A stretch of 64,000 nt of DNA, from assembly GCA_040880725.1 (NCBI GenBank), contig JBBDHV010000039.1, positions 6,481 to 70,480 on the forward strand. Reading direction: 5' to 3'. The DNA is from Acidimicrobiia bacterium (lineage in GTDB: Bacteria > Actinomycetota > Acidimicrobiia > Spongiisociales > ZC4RG35). A program made the position numbers and the translations under genes. Each line of letters begins with the position of its first letter. Positions within the stretch are counted from its first letter, which is position 1. Below the pieces are notes generated by a model that saw only the letters and a list, made by a program, of their open reading frames with translations, searched no databases and was not told the DNA's origin. Positions 41,445-50,796 of the stretch are shown here, piece by piece.

Positions 41445-42316
41445 CGGATCGCCTCGAAGTCACTCGGCCAGTTGGGCTGGACGAGGTGCCACTGTTCGGG
41501 TGCCGCCCGGATGAGTGTCTCGAGTTCGTGGGCGATGGCCTGGGTGGTGGCCCGGACACGGGCAGGACGGTCGGGTCCTTCGGCGACCTGGAGCGGCGGG
41601 CGGACGACGACGTGGTGACCTCCGGCATCGAAGTAGGTGGCGACAGGCAGGATCGGTGCTCCTGTCCGAATCGCCAGGGAGGCCGGCCCCGCAGGCATCG
41701 TGGTCTTTTCGCCGAAGAACTCGACCTCCACCCCTTTGCCTCTGATGTCTCGGTCGCACAGCAGCGCGACCACGCCTTTTCGTGCGAGCACGGCCTCGAG
41801 ATCCCGGATCACCTGCCCGCCGCCGGTCGCGAGCACGATGCCGATGTCCATGGACGTGCGCAGATCCAGAAACCAGTCACGGATCCGATGATTCTTCAGG
41901 TTCTCGGCGACGGCGACCACCTCCAGTCCGAGTCGGGTCCCGACGGTCGAGGAGAACTCCCAGTTGCCCATGTGCGGGAGGGCAACGATGACTCCGCCGC
42001 TGGCATCGCGGGCCGCTTCCAGATGCTCGAGTCCTTCGACGGTGGTCCGCGCGTCGACGGTGGCTTTCCGGCGGGGACGCACCCAGAGCGCTTCGGCCCA
42101 GTACCGCCCGTACGCCCCGAAGACCGCCGACACATGAGACGACACGTCCGCTTCGGGAACTCCCATGCGGCGGGCGTGGCGCTCGACCATCGCCCGGCGG
42201 CCGGTGCCGAATCGTCCGAACGTACGGCCGGCGAGTTGGCCTGCGACGATGGCGAGACGAAAAGGGAGGAGGCCGACGAGTCCCGTTCCGACACGCATGG
42301 CCAGATAGGCCAGCAT
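41441..42316 (-). CDS. Lysophospholipid/PIM acyltransferase (LPLAT, PatA/HtrB-like)
   Basis: HX4D-type acyltransferase region (LPHMGNWE). Position equivalent to Rv2611c. Confidence 0.8.
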   Translation of the reverse strand: MLAYLAMRVGTGLVGLLPFRLAIVAGQLAGRTFGRFGTGRRAMVERHARRMGVPEADVSSHVSAVFGAYGRYWAEALWVRPRRKATVDARTTVEGLEHLEAARDASGGVIVALPHMGNWEFSSTVGTRLGLEVVAVAENLKNHRIRDWFLDLRTSMDIGIVLATGGGQVIRDLEAVLARKGVVALLCDRDIRGKGVEVEFFGEKTTMPAGPASLAIRTGAPILPVATYFDAGGHHVVVRPPLQVAEGPDRPARVRATTQAIAHELETLIRAAPEQWHLVQPNWPSDFEAIR

Positions 42317-42319
42317 GTC

Positions 42320-42485
42320 TAGTGGTCCGTCGCCGAAATAATGAGGCGGTCTCTCCGGCCCATGACGCCCCTGGCGGCGTCCTCCTCCTCGCCGAACGGG
42401 CCAAGTGCGACTGCGTCAGAAGTCCTTGCCAGATGACGCCATGTGCTCGGAGACACCGCGCACCTATTTCGGCGACACACCACTA
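42320..42485. mobile_element. MITE copy 2. The element is 162 bp (42322-42483), flanked by a TA target-site duplication, in inverse orientation to copy 1.
   Basis: Identical to copy 1 except for two substitutions in one TIR. It is inserted in the TA of the pgsA1 TAG stop, two nucleotides upstream of the acyltransferase ATG. Confidence 0.65.
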
Positions 42486-43055
42486 GGTCTTGATCTGTTC
42501 GTAGGTCGTCCAGAACCGCTGTCCGGCGGTGAACCATGCCGCGGCGACGAAGACCCACAGCATCGGCTCGATGTAGCCGGTGAGCATTCCCAGTGTGACG
42601 AGGATCACCCGCTCGGCGCGACCCATGAGGCCCCCGCGGCCGTCGATTCCGACCGCTTCGGCCTTCGCACGCATGTAGGGGATGAGGAGCGACCCTCCGA
42701 GCGCCAGCAACGACAGCAGCAGGATCCGCACTTCGCCGCGCTGGCTGACGGCGAGGCCGGTGAGGACCGCGATCTCGCCGAGCCGGTCGACGGTGGCGTC
42801 GAGGAAGCCGCCCCGTTCGGTCACCTTCCCGGAGGCCCGAGCGACAGAGCCGTCGAGTCCGTCGAGGGCCGAGCCGGCCAGGGCGACGAGTGCGCCGATG
42901 ATGATCTCGCCGACCCCGATCAGCACCGCGCCGAAGATTGCGATGAAGAGCCCGAACAGGGTCATGAAGGTCGGGGACACCCCGAGGCGGGCGAGGAACC
43001 GCCCGATCGGCTCGAGAATTCCCTGCACGCGGGGACGCACCCGCATGTCGATCAT
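42483..43055 (-). CDS. pgsA1: CDP-diacylglycerol--inositol 3-phosphatidyltransferase (PI synthase, CDP-alcohol phosphatidyltransferase family)
   Basis: D-G-x2-A-R...G-x3-D-x3-D motif (DGLDGSVARASGKVTERGGFLDATVD). Confidence 0.85.
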   Translation of the reverse strand: MIDMRVRPRVQGILEPIGRFLARLGVSPTFMTLFGLFIAIFGAVLIGVGEIIIGALVALAGSALDGLDGSVARASGKVTERGGFLDATVDRLGEIAVLTGLAVSQRGEVRILLLSLLALGGSLLIPYMRAKAEAVGIDGRGGLMGRAERVILVTLGMLTGYIEPMLWVFVAAAWFTAGQRFWTTYEQIKT

Positions 43056-43177
43056 CGCCGCAAACTACCACGCGGCCACGGCCGGTTCCGCCGGCGAACC
43101 GTGTTCGGTGGGCCACCGCTGGGCCGCGATGTCTAGGGTCGGTAATTCCGATCATCGATGCGTGAAGGAGGTCCTCA

Positions 43178-45226
43178 GTGATCCCGGAGAAGATCCGCAA
43201 TGTCGCTCTCGTCGGTCACGGCGGAAGCGGCAAGACCTCCCTCGCCGAAGCACTGCTCCACGTCAGTGGTGTGACGTCTCGACTCGGCTCGGTCGACGCC
43301 GGCACGTCGCTTCTCGACCACACCCCCGAGGAGCAGGAACGCAAGATCTCTCTCGAGCTGGCAACCGCCGTCGTCGAGTGGCATGACCACCGCATCAACC
43401 TGATCGACACGCCGGGATACGCCGATTTCGCAGGCGACGCCCGCGCCGCCCTCCGGGCCGCCGACCTCGCACTCTTCGTCGTGTCGGCCGTCGACGGGGT
43501 GGAGGTGGGGACCGAACTGATGTGGAGAGCCGCCGCGGAGGAAGGGATTCCCCGGGCGATCATGATCACGAAGCTCGATCGGGAGCGTGCGAGTTTCGAC
43601 CGCACCCTCGCCCAACTGCGTGAGGCCTTCGGGAAGAGAGTCGCTCCCATCCAGGTGCCGATCGGTTCCGAGTCGTCACTCACCGGCGTGGCGCGCGTCG
43701 TCTCGGGACGTTGCTACGACTACGCACGGGGCGCCAAGACGGGGACGTTGATCGACACACCCGACGAGGTCGCGGATCTGATCGCTGCCACTCACACGTC
43801 CCTCATCGAGTCGGTCGTCGAAACGGACGACGCCCTGATGGAGGCCTACTTCGAGGGCGTCGAGCCGGAACGTGACATCATCGTCAAGACCGTCCACCAG
43901 GGGATGCTGGACGCCGAGATCTTCCCGGTCCTGGTGTCGTCGTCGACGAACCTGGTCGGCATCGACCTGTTCGGCGAGTTCCTGGTGGACTTCGCACCGA
44001 ACCCGCTCGAACGTCTCATCCCGCCGCTCGAATCCGGTGAGCTCTCGCCCACCGTCGACGGCCCCACCGTCGCCTACGTCTTCAAGACGGTGTCGGATCC
44101 GTTCCTCGGGAAGATCTCCATGTTCCGGGTGTATCGGGGCTCGGTGAAACACGACCAGCATGTCGAGGTCGCGGGCGGGGAAGTGGTCCGAATGCACAAC
44201 CTGTTCCGCATGCAGGGCAAAGACCACACCGATGCCGACGAGATCCTCACAGGTGGAATCGGAGCGGTGGCAAAAGTCGACGAGATCACCACTGGCGACA
44301 CGTTGCGGGCCCCCGGTACCGATGTCCGGCTGGCCAAAGTGGCCTATCCGAGGCCGGTCATGGAGCTCGCCATCGAGCCGCATTCGAACCAGGACGACGA
44401 GAAGCTGTCGATCGCGCTGGCGAAGGCCCAGGAGGAGGATCCGACGATCTCGGTGGAGCGGCGGGCGGAGACCCACGAAACCATCCTGTCCGGACTCGGG
44501 GACATGCATCTCGACGTCACGCTCCATCGCATCTCCCGCAAGTACGGGGTGCAGGTGGACACTCACGTCCCCACGATTCCGTACCGCGAGACGATCACCA
44601 CGACCGCCTCCGCGGAGGGCAGGCACAAGAAGCAGTCCGGCGGACGGGGCCAGTACGCCGTTGCCTTCGTCAAGTTCTCACCGCTGCCCCGGGGCAGCGG
44701 CTACTCGTACGTCGACGCCGTCAAAGGCGGAAGCATCCCCCGCCAGTTCATCCCCGCGGTGGACAAAGGCATCCGGGAGGCGCTCGAGCGGGGGATCCTC
44801 GCCGGCTTCCCGGTGGTCGACATCAGCGCCGAGGTGTACGACGGCAAGTACCACGCAGTCGACTCCGACGAGATGTCCTTCCGCATGGCGGGAATCCAGG
44901 GGGTACGGGCCGCAGGACCCGATTTGAAGCCGGTTCTGCTGGAGCCGGTGGCCCACCTGACGGTGCGGGTTCCGGAGGATCACACCGGGGATATCATGGG
45001 CGACATCAACGCCAAGCGGGGTCGCGTGCTGGGTATGGACACCGACGGGTCGCTCCGGGTGATCACCGCAGAGGTTCCCTTGGCCGAGGTGCAGCGGTAT
45101 GCGATCGACCTTCGTTCGATGACGAGCGGTCGGGGCAGCTTCGAACTGGAAATCGACCATTACGAAGAGGTCCCGCACCAGGAGAGTCAGCGGATCATCG
45201 CTGCCGCCCAGGAGGCCGTCAGCTGA
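43178..45226 (+). CDS. Elongation factor G paralogue (EF-G2-like translational GTPase)
   Basis: G-domain motifs (GHGGSGKTS, DTPGYADF, TKLD) followed by EF-G domains II-V. 682 aa. Confidence 0.85.
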   Translation: MIPEKIRNVALVGHGGSGKTSLAEALLHVSGVTSRLGSVDAGTSLLDHTPEEQERKISLELATAVVEWHDHRINLIDTPGYADFAGDARAALRAADLALFVVSAVDGVEVGTELMWRAAAEEGIPRAIMITKLDRERASFDRTLAQLREAFGKRVAPIQVPIGSESSLTGVARVVSGRCYDYARGAKTGTLIDTPDEVADLIAATHTSLIESVVETDDALMEAYFEGVEPERDIIVKTVHQGMLDAEIFPVLVSSSTNLVGIDLFGEFLVDFAPNPLERLIPPLESGELSPTVDGPTVAYVFKTVSDPFLGKISMFRVYRGSVKHDQHVEVAGGEVVRMHNLFRMQGKDHTDADEILTGGIGAVAKVDEITTGDTLRAPGTDVRLAKVAYPRPVMELAIEPHSNQDDEKLSIALAKAQEEDPTISVERRAETHETILSGLGDMHLDVTLHRISRKYGVQVDTHVPTIPYRETITTTASAEGRHKKQSGGRGQYAVAFVKFSPLPRGSGYSYVDAVKGGSIPRQFIPAVDKGIREALERGILAGFPVVDISAEVYDGKYHAVDSDEMSFRMAGIQGVRAAGPDLKPVLLEPVAHLTVRVPEDHTGDIMGDINAKRGRVLGMDTDGSLRVITAEVPLAEVQRYAIDLRSMTSGRGSFELEIDHYEEVPHQESQRIIAAAQEAVS

Positions 45227-45240
45227 AGGAAGGGAACGAG

Positions 45241-46530
45241 ATGTCCGAGGTGACGATCCGTCACGGTGAAAAGGAGACGACCGTCCCGGTCGTCGAAGCA
45301 ACCGAGGGAAACAGCGGATTCGACATCTCGGCAGTCCGGGCCGACCTGGGTCTGGTGACCCTGGACCGCGGTTTCGGCAACACTGCCGAAAGCCCGAGCA
45401 CCGTGTCCTACATCGACGGCGAGGAAGGTGTGCTGCTGTACCGGGGTTACCCGATCGAGCAGTTGGCGGAGCACTCGAGCTTTCTCGAGGTGTCCTATCT
45501 CCTCAACTACGGCGAGTTGCCGACCGCCCATCAGCTCTCCGAGTTCGAGGAGTCGATCCGGCGCCACACCCTGCTGCGCGAGGACATGAAGTACCTGCTG
45601 GAGGCGTTCCCGCACGCAGCCCACCCGATGCAGATTCTCGCCTCGGGCGTTTCGGCGATGGCCACGTACTACCCCGACGCCCTCGATCCGAAGAACGAGG
45701 AGTCGGTCGACATTTCGGCTCGTCGCCTGATCGCCAAGGTTCCGACGATGATCGCGTTGGCGCACAAGTACAGCGTTCATCAGCCGGCGATGTATCCCCG
45801 CAACGACTTGGACTACACGGCCAACTTCCTGCACATGATGTTCGCCGTCCCCCCGGAGGACTACGAGATCGACCCCGTCGTGGTGAAGGCACTCGAAGTC
45901 TTGCTCATCCTCCACGCCGATCACGGCCAGAACTGTTCGTCCTCGGCGGTGCGACTGGTCGGCTCCGGGCAGGCCAACATCTTCTCGTCGATCTCGGCAG
46001 GGATCCACGCCCTGAGCGGCCCGCTGCACGGTGGCGCCAATCAGGCAGTGCTCGAGATGCTGCAGAAGATCACCGAGTCCGGCGACAGCGTGGACAGCTT
46101 CGTCAAGCGGGCCAAGGACAAGAACGACCCGTTCCGTCTCATGGGCTTCGGACACCGGGTGTACAAGAACTTCGACCCGAGGGCGAAGATCATCAAGCAG
46201 GCGGCCGCGGACGTCCTCGACCAACTGCACGTCACCGACCCGATGCTCGAAGTGGCGACGCAACTCGAGCAGGTCGCGTTGGAGGACGACTACTTCATCG
46301 AGCGCAAGCTCTACCCGAACGTGGACTTCTACTCCGGCATCATCTACCGGGCGATGGGTTTCCCGAACGAGATGTTCCCGGTCCTTTTCGCCTTGGGCCG
46401 CCTCCCCGGCTGGATCGCCCAGTGGCGGGAGATGAGCTCAGACCCGAAGGGCCGCATCTACCGCCCCCGCCAGGTCTACGTCGGTGCCCCCACCCGGGAT
46501 TACACCCCCATCACCGACCGAACTGCTTGA
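45241..46530 (+). CDS. gltA: Citrate synthase
   Basis: 429 aa type II citrate synthase with the conserved active-site region (HADHGQNCSS...GFGHRVY). Confidence 0.95.
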   Translation: MSEVTIRHGEKETTVPVVEATEGNSGFDISAVRADLGLVTLDRGFGNTAESPSTVSYIDGEEGVLLYRGYPIEQLAEHSSFLEVSYLLNYGELPTAHQLSEFEESIRRHTLLREDMKYLLEAFPHAAHPMQILASGVSAMATYYPDALDPKNEESVDISARRLIAKVPTMIALAHKYSVHQPAMYPRNDLDYTANFLHMMFAVPPEDYEIDPVVVKALEVLLILHADHGQNCSSSAVRLVGSGQANIFSSISAGIHALSGPLHGGANQAVLEMLQKITESGDSVDSFVKRAKDKNDPFRLMGFGHRVYKNFDPRAKIIKQAAADVLDQLHVTDPMLEVATQLEQVALEDDYFIERKLYPNVDFYSGIIYRAMGFPNEMFPVLFALGRLPGWIAQWREMSSDPKGRIYRPRQVYVGAPTRDYTPITDRTA

Positions 46531-46920
46531 TTGTGCGGGGGGGCGACCCCCCTGCACCCCCCGAACGGCGCGGCTGCCGGTGTCGGGGGTCACCTGCGGA
46601 CCCATTCCATGGCTCATGACGAGACATGATCGCGGAGGCCTGGAACGCGCGAGACGTCGCTGGCTATGAAGCGTCCTGGACCTCCGCCAGCAGATCTCGT
46701 CATGAGCCCTCGGGTGGACCCGCAGACAGACCAGGAATCGACGGCCGCGCCAAGCGGGGGGTGCCGGGGGGTTCGACCCCCTGCACAATTAAAGAGCGTC
46801 CCAGACCGCGTCGTGAAGGTTCGGTCATGAGTCATTGGGTGAATTCCCAGCCGAACGAGACCGTGCCAGCCGCGCCAAGCGGGGGGTGCCGGGGGGTTCG
46901 ACCCCCTGCACAATTAAGCA
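46526..46920. repeat. Cluster of three copies (one forward, two inverted) of the same G7-CGA-C6 hairpin repeat unit of about 105 bp, in the convergent gltA/ferritin intergenic region
   Basis: Forward copy CTGCTTGATTGTGCGGGGGGGCGACCCCCCTGCACCCCCCGAACGGCGCGGCTGCC...GGCTCATGACGAG at about 46526. Reverse-oriented copies end ...CGGGGGGTGCCGGGGGGTTCGACCCCCTGCACAATTAA at about 46800 and about 46917. Each is preceded by a (G)CTCATGAC-type motif. Confidence 0.65.
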
Positions 46921-47411
46921 GCTTGTCTTTGGCCGAGTTCCCGGTCGAGGAGGAGGAGTGCGCCGCCGTCGTCGCCGATCATCTTGAGTTGTTCGACGAT
47001 GTCCGAGACGATGGATTCCTCTTCGATCTGTTCTTCGAGAAACCATTGGAGAAGGGCGAAGCTGGCCGAGTCGCCGTCGGCGAGGGCGGCGGCGTAGAGA
47101 CCGGAGATGGCTTGGGAGACTCGCTGTTCCTGTGCGAAGGCGGTTTCGAACGCGTCGAGGACGGACTCGAAGTCGGTCTTGGGCGCCTCGCCGCCTCCGA
47201 GGCTGATCGTGTTGCCGCGATGGAGCACATGGTCGAAGAACTTCAGGGCGTGGGCACGTTCTTCTTCAGATTGGACCCGCATCCATTGCGCCATCCCCTG
47301 CAGGCTTCGGCTGTCGAAGTAGGCAGCCATCTGCAGGTAGGCGATCGATGATGCCAGTTCGAGGTCGATCTGGCGGTTGAACTTCTCAGCGAGTGAATCG
47401 GACATTCTCAT
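46914..47411 (-). CDS. Ferritin (non-haem, Ftn-like)
   Basis: Ferroxidase di-iron ligands in LELASSIAYLQMAAYF...EEERAHALKFFDH...LEEQIEEE. The start is assigned to the internal ATG (MRMSDSLAEKFN). The upstream extension is Pro/Ser-rich and runs into the repeats. Confidence 0.8.
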   Translation of the reverse strand: MRMSDSLAEKFNRQIDLELASSIAYLQMAAYFDSRSLQGMAQWMRVQSEEERAHALKFFDHVLHRGNTISLGGGEAPKTDFESVLDAFETAFAQEQRVSQAISGLYAAALADGDSASFALLQWFLEEQIEEESIVSDIVEQLKMIGDDGGALLLLDRELGQRQAA

Positions 47412-47421
47412 GCCCGAGAAC

Positions 47422-47913
47422 TTAGCTTTCTTCGCCGCCGCCAACTGGCGGAACGTCTTCGGCGTACACCTCTTCGGCGAGGTCGCCGGTGAGTGCGTCG
47501 AACTGGACGAGGGCTCGCCGGCTGGGGGGCTCGTCGGCGGAATACATGATGACCTGCCAGTGGGGCCGGGACCGCCATCCGACGAAGGTGACTGCCGCGG
47601 AGGCATGTCCGACGGGAAAGCCGACGTGGGTCGCGGCTTTGGAGAGGGCGGCTTCCTGGTCGATTTGGAGCGGCCAGGACGCGGCGATGTGCCAGCCGGC
47701 GAGTACGACGAGGAGTCCCACGCCGAGCCACATCAGCGGCTGATTGGCGGCGAGTCCGGCGAGCAGGACCCCAGCCCCCAGGTAGATCCATCCGGACACT
47801 CGACGCCGCCGCGGATCCGGAAACCGGTACGGGCCGACGATGGAACTGTCGAGTTCGTCGGGGACGCCTGCGGTTTCCGCAACGTCGGAGGGGATGTGAA
47901 TTCCGTCTGTCAT
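47422..47913 (-). CDS. Hypothetical membrane protein (about 163 aa, 2 TM)
   Basis: The ATG overlaps the thrS stop (ATGA). My own translation gives MTDGIHIPSDVAETAGVPDELDSSIVGPYRFPDP...GWIYLGAGVLLAGLAANQPLMWLGVGLLVVLAGW. It is hidden as the C-terminus of a long Arg-rich ORF in the track. Confidence 0.5.
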   Translation of the reverse strand: MTDGIHIPSDVAETAGVPDELDSSIVGPYRFPDPRRRRVSGWIYLGAGVLLAGLAANQPLMWLGVGLLVVLAGWHIAASWPLQIDQEAALSKAATHVGFPVGHASAAVTFVGWRSRPHWQVIMYSADEPPSRRALVQFDALTGDLAEEVYAEDVPPVGGGEES

Positions 47914-49856
47914 GGTCTGGTGGGTGGCTCGGCTTCGGCACTCAACTCGGCGATGATCTCGTCGACGGCGACTCCGCGCTTTTCGTCGTCGTCGCCGTAC
48001 CGACGGTACCCGGAGGTGCCGCTCTCGACGTCTTTGTCGCCGACGACGAGCACGGCGGGGGTCTTGTGGGTGATGGCCCTCCGCACTTTCTCGCCGACGG
48101 TCTCGTCGCTCTCGTCGACTTCGGCCCGCAGTCCTGCGGCTTTCATCTGGTCCCGGACGCTCCAGGCGTAGTCGTTGTGCCGGTCGGCGACGGGGACGAT
48201 CTGGGCCTGGACGGGTGCCAGCCACGTCGGGAACGCCCCGGCGTAATGCTCGGTGAGCACTCCGAAGAACCGCTCCAGCGAACCGGCTTTGGCACAGTGG
48301 ATCATGACGGGACGCTCGGCCGCGTTCTCCTTGCCGGCATAGGTGAGGTCGAAGCGTTCGGGATGGGAGAAGTCGGCCTGGATGGTCGACATCTGCCACC
48401 GACGGCCGATGGCGTCTTTGATGTGGACGTCGATCTTCGGACCGTAGAACGCACCTTCTCCTTCGGCGACGGTGTAGGGCTGTCCGACTTCGTCGAGGGC
48501 GGCGGCGAGCTGCTGTTCGGCGATCGCCCACAGGTCGAGGTCGCCCACGTACTTTTCGGGCCGGGTGGACAGATCGGCTTCGAATTCGGTGAAGCCGAAG
48601 GAGCCGAGCCATTCGAGCACGAAGTCGAGGTGTCGTTTCAGCTCGCCGGCGAGTTGGTCGCGGGTGCAGAAGGTGTGCGAGTCGTCCTGGGTGAATCCCC
48701 TGGCCCGCAGCAGCCCGTGCAGCACGCCGGAACGTTCGTAGCGGTAGACACTCCCCAATTCCGCGAACCGGAGGGGAAGTTCCCGATAGGACCGTGCGCT
48801 GCTCTTGTAGATGAGCACGTGGAACGGGCAGTTCATCGGTTTGACCCGGTAGCGCTCGTCTCCGTCCATTTCGATCGCCGGGTACATGTTCTCGGCGTAG
48901 AAGTCGGTGTGCCCGGAGGTGTCCCACAGCGCTTCTCGTGCCACGTGGGGCGAGTAGACGAAGTCGAACCCGTACTTTTCGTGGAGACGTCTGGAGTGGT
49001 CTTCGATCAGCTTGCGGATCATTCCGCCGTTGGGATGCCACACGCTGAGGCCGCCGCCGAGGTCGCGGGGGAACGAGAAGAGGTCGAGTTCGGGCCCCAG
49101 CTTGCGGTGGTCGCGGCGTTCAGCCTCCTCCAGCCGATGGAGGTGTTCTTCCAGTGCCTTCTTGGATTCCCATGCCGTCCCGTAGATGCGTTGCAGCTGC
49201 GGATTGGCTTCGTCTCCCCGCCAGTACGCACCCGCCGAACGCAGCAGCTTCACTGCCTTGAGCCGCCCGGTGCTGGGTACGTGCGGCCCGCGGCACAGGT
49301 CGACGAAGCCGTTGTTCCGGTACACCGTGACCGTTTCGCCGTCGGGTACTTCGGACGGTTCGACGCTTTCGATGATCTCGCGTTTGAACTTGTGATCGGC
49401 GAAGACTTCCAGGGCTCTGGCTTGGCTCATCGCTTCGCGCACGAAGGGCTGGTCGGCTTCGATGATCTCGGCCATTTTCGCTTCGATCGCTTCGAGATCT
49501 TCGGGGGTGAACGGCCGTCCGATGTCGAAGTCGTAGTAGAAGCCGTCGGTGATGGGCGGTCCGATCGCGAATGTCGCACCTTCGTGGAGTGTGAGCACTG
49601 CTTGTGCCATGACATGTGCTGCCGAGTGGCGCAGGATGCTCCGGCCGTCGTCGGTGTTCTCGGTGACGATTTCGATTGCGCCGCCGTGTGGCAGCGGTCG
49701 CATGAGGTCGAGGGCCTCTCCGTCGAGCTTCACTGCGACGGCGGCTTTGGCCAATCGTTCACCGATCCGGGCTGCGACATCGTGCCCGCTCGCACCGTCA
49801 GGATGCTCGACCCGGGAACCGTCGGGGAGCTGAATCTCTATCGCCAATTGGATCAC
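47910..49856 (-). CDS. thrS: Threonine--tRNA ligase
   Basis: 648 aa with a TGS domain, an editing domain (HxxxH...CxxxH) and a class II core. Confidence 0.95.
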   Translation of the reverse strand: MIQLAIEIQLPDGSRVEHPDGASGHDVAARIGERLAKAAVAVKLDGEALDLMRPLPHGGAIEIVTENTDDGRSILRHSAAHVMAQAVLTLHEGATFAIGPPITDGFYYDFDIGRPFTPEDLEAIEAKMAEIIEADQPFVREAMSQARALEVFADHKFKREIIESVEPSEVPDGETVTVYRNNGFVDLCRGPHVPSTGRLKAVKLLRSAGAYWRGDEANPQLQRIYGTAWESKKALEEHLHRLEEAERRDHRKLGPELDLFSFPRDLGGGLSVWHPNGGMIRKLIEDHSRRLHEKYGFDFVYSPHVAREALWDTSGHTDFYAENMYPAIEMDGDERYRVKPMNCPFHVLIYKSSARSYRELPLRFAELGSVYRYERSGVLHGLLRARGFTQDDSHTFCTRDQLAGELKRHLDFVLEWLGSFGFTEFEADLSTRPEKYVGDLDLWAIAEQQLAAALDEVGQPYTVAEGEGAFYGPKIDVHIKDAIGRRWQMSTIQADFSHPERFDLTYAGKENAAERPVMIHCAKAGSLERFFGVLTEHYAGAFPTWLAPVQAQIVPVADRHNDYAWSVRDQMKAAGLRAEVDESDETVGEKVRRAITHKTPAVLVVGDKDVESGTSGYRRYGDDDEKRGVAVDEIIAELSAEAEPPTRP

Positions 49857-49961
49857 TCGCTAGATTGCTGGGAGCGCCGCAGGGTACTGCCAGTGCCCAC
49901 GGGGTCGTTCGCGGTTTTTCGACCAAGACGATGCAGCGAAGCAGAACGGGGATTTGGTCTG

Positions 49962-50795
49962 ATGGGCGCATTCGAGATGGTGTCCGGTCTGGTGCCGACC
50001 GCGACAGTCAAAGAACTCACGAGCGGGACGAACAAGGTTTTCCGGCTCCTCGAGGAGTCGGGTGACACGACCGTCGTCAAGGTGTATGCCACGCCGGCAC
50101 GGGAACGCCGGGAACGTCACGCACTGGAGGCGATGCTCGGCATTCCGGGCGTCCCGCAGATCTTGGAACGGGGTGCGACCGACGGCATGGCCTGGATCCG
50201 GACGACCGACGGCGGCAGTTGGAGTCTGGCGAACCTGCCGCTCAACCTGGACCTCATCCGCAAGGCGGGCACCCTGCTGCGCGGCGTGCACGATTCGGGT
50301 GCCCCCATCACCAACTTGGACAGCGGTATCGACGGTGAGTACGTCCAGACTCATTTCCGGTCGACGCTGGACCGCCTGGAGCGGTATCGGCGGCGGTTGG
50401 GCCTCCCCGCCGATGTCCTGGAGGCGGCCCGGGCCAGCGAGAACCATCCCGTGGCGTCCCCGCCCCGCCCGGCGCACACTCGCACGGTCCCGAAGAATTT
50501 CCTGGTGAACGATCGTGGCGAGTTGATGCTGGTCGGTTGGGAGTGGGCGACGTTGGCTCCCCCGGAGTGGGACTTGTCCTTGGCGACCTGGCGTTTCAGC
50601 CGCACTCTCGGCGACGAGGCGGCCACCGCCCTGTGGCAGGGCTACGGCGCCGAGAACTCGATCGGCAACCGCTTGGAGCCGTGGGTGGCCTATCACGCCG
50701 CCATGCAGATGCTGGAAGCAGCCGAGAAGCGCGACGGACGTCTCGGCGACCTCAGCCACCTCGTGAACGATCTCGCCGCCGCGGTCCGCACCTGA
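49962..50795 (+). CDS. Phosphotransferase-family protein (aminoglycoside phosphotransferase / protein-kinase-like fold)
   Basis: 277 aa with Brenner-type motifs (VKVY...LHDS..., HGDLxxxN-like NFLVNDRGELMLVGWEWA). Only the last 278 codons of the 909-aa ORF in the track are credible; the rest is antisense to thrS. Confidence 0.7.
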   Translation: MGAFEMVSGLVPTATVKELTSGTNKVFRLLEESGDTTVVKVYATPARERRERHALEAMLGIPGVPQILERGATDGMAWIRTTDGGSWSLANLPLNLDLIRKAGTLLRGVHDSGAPITNLDSGIDGEYVQTHFRSTLDRLERYRRRLGLPADVLEAARASENHPVASPPRPAHTRTVPKNFLVNDRGELMLVGWEWATLAPPEWDLSLATWRFSRTLGDEAATALWQGYGAENSIGNRLEPWVAYHAAMQMLEAAEKRDGRLGDLSHLVNDLAAAVRT

Positions 50796-50796
50796 A

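Noticed and set aside
40579-41628. 349-aa minus-strand Arg-rich ORF
   Set aside because: It is an alternative frame across pimA and the acyltransferase gene, with no motifs.
46752-46920. tRNA-like fragment (GGGGGTTCGACCCCC resembles a T-arm)
   Set aside because: The loop is 5 nt (TTCGA) rather than 7. There is no acceptor, D-arm or anticodon arm around it, and the motif is simply the palindromic core of the repeat family.
48066-49961. First about 630 codons of the 909-aa plus-strand ORF
   Set aside because: This part is antisense to thrS. Only the last 277 codons, from the ATG at 49962, form a credible phosphotransferase-family protein with an upstream intergenic gap.
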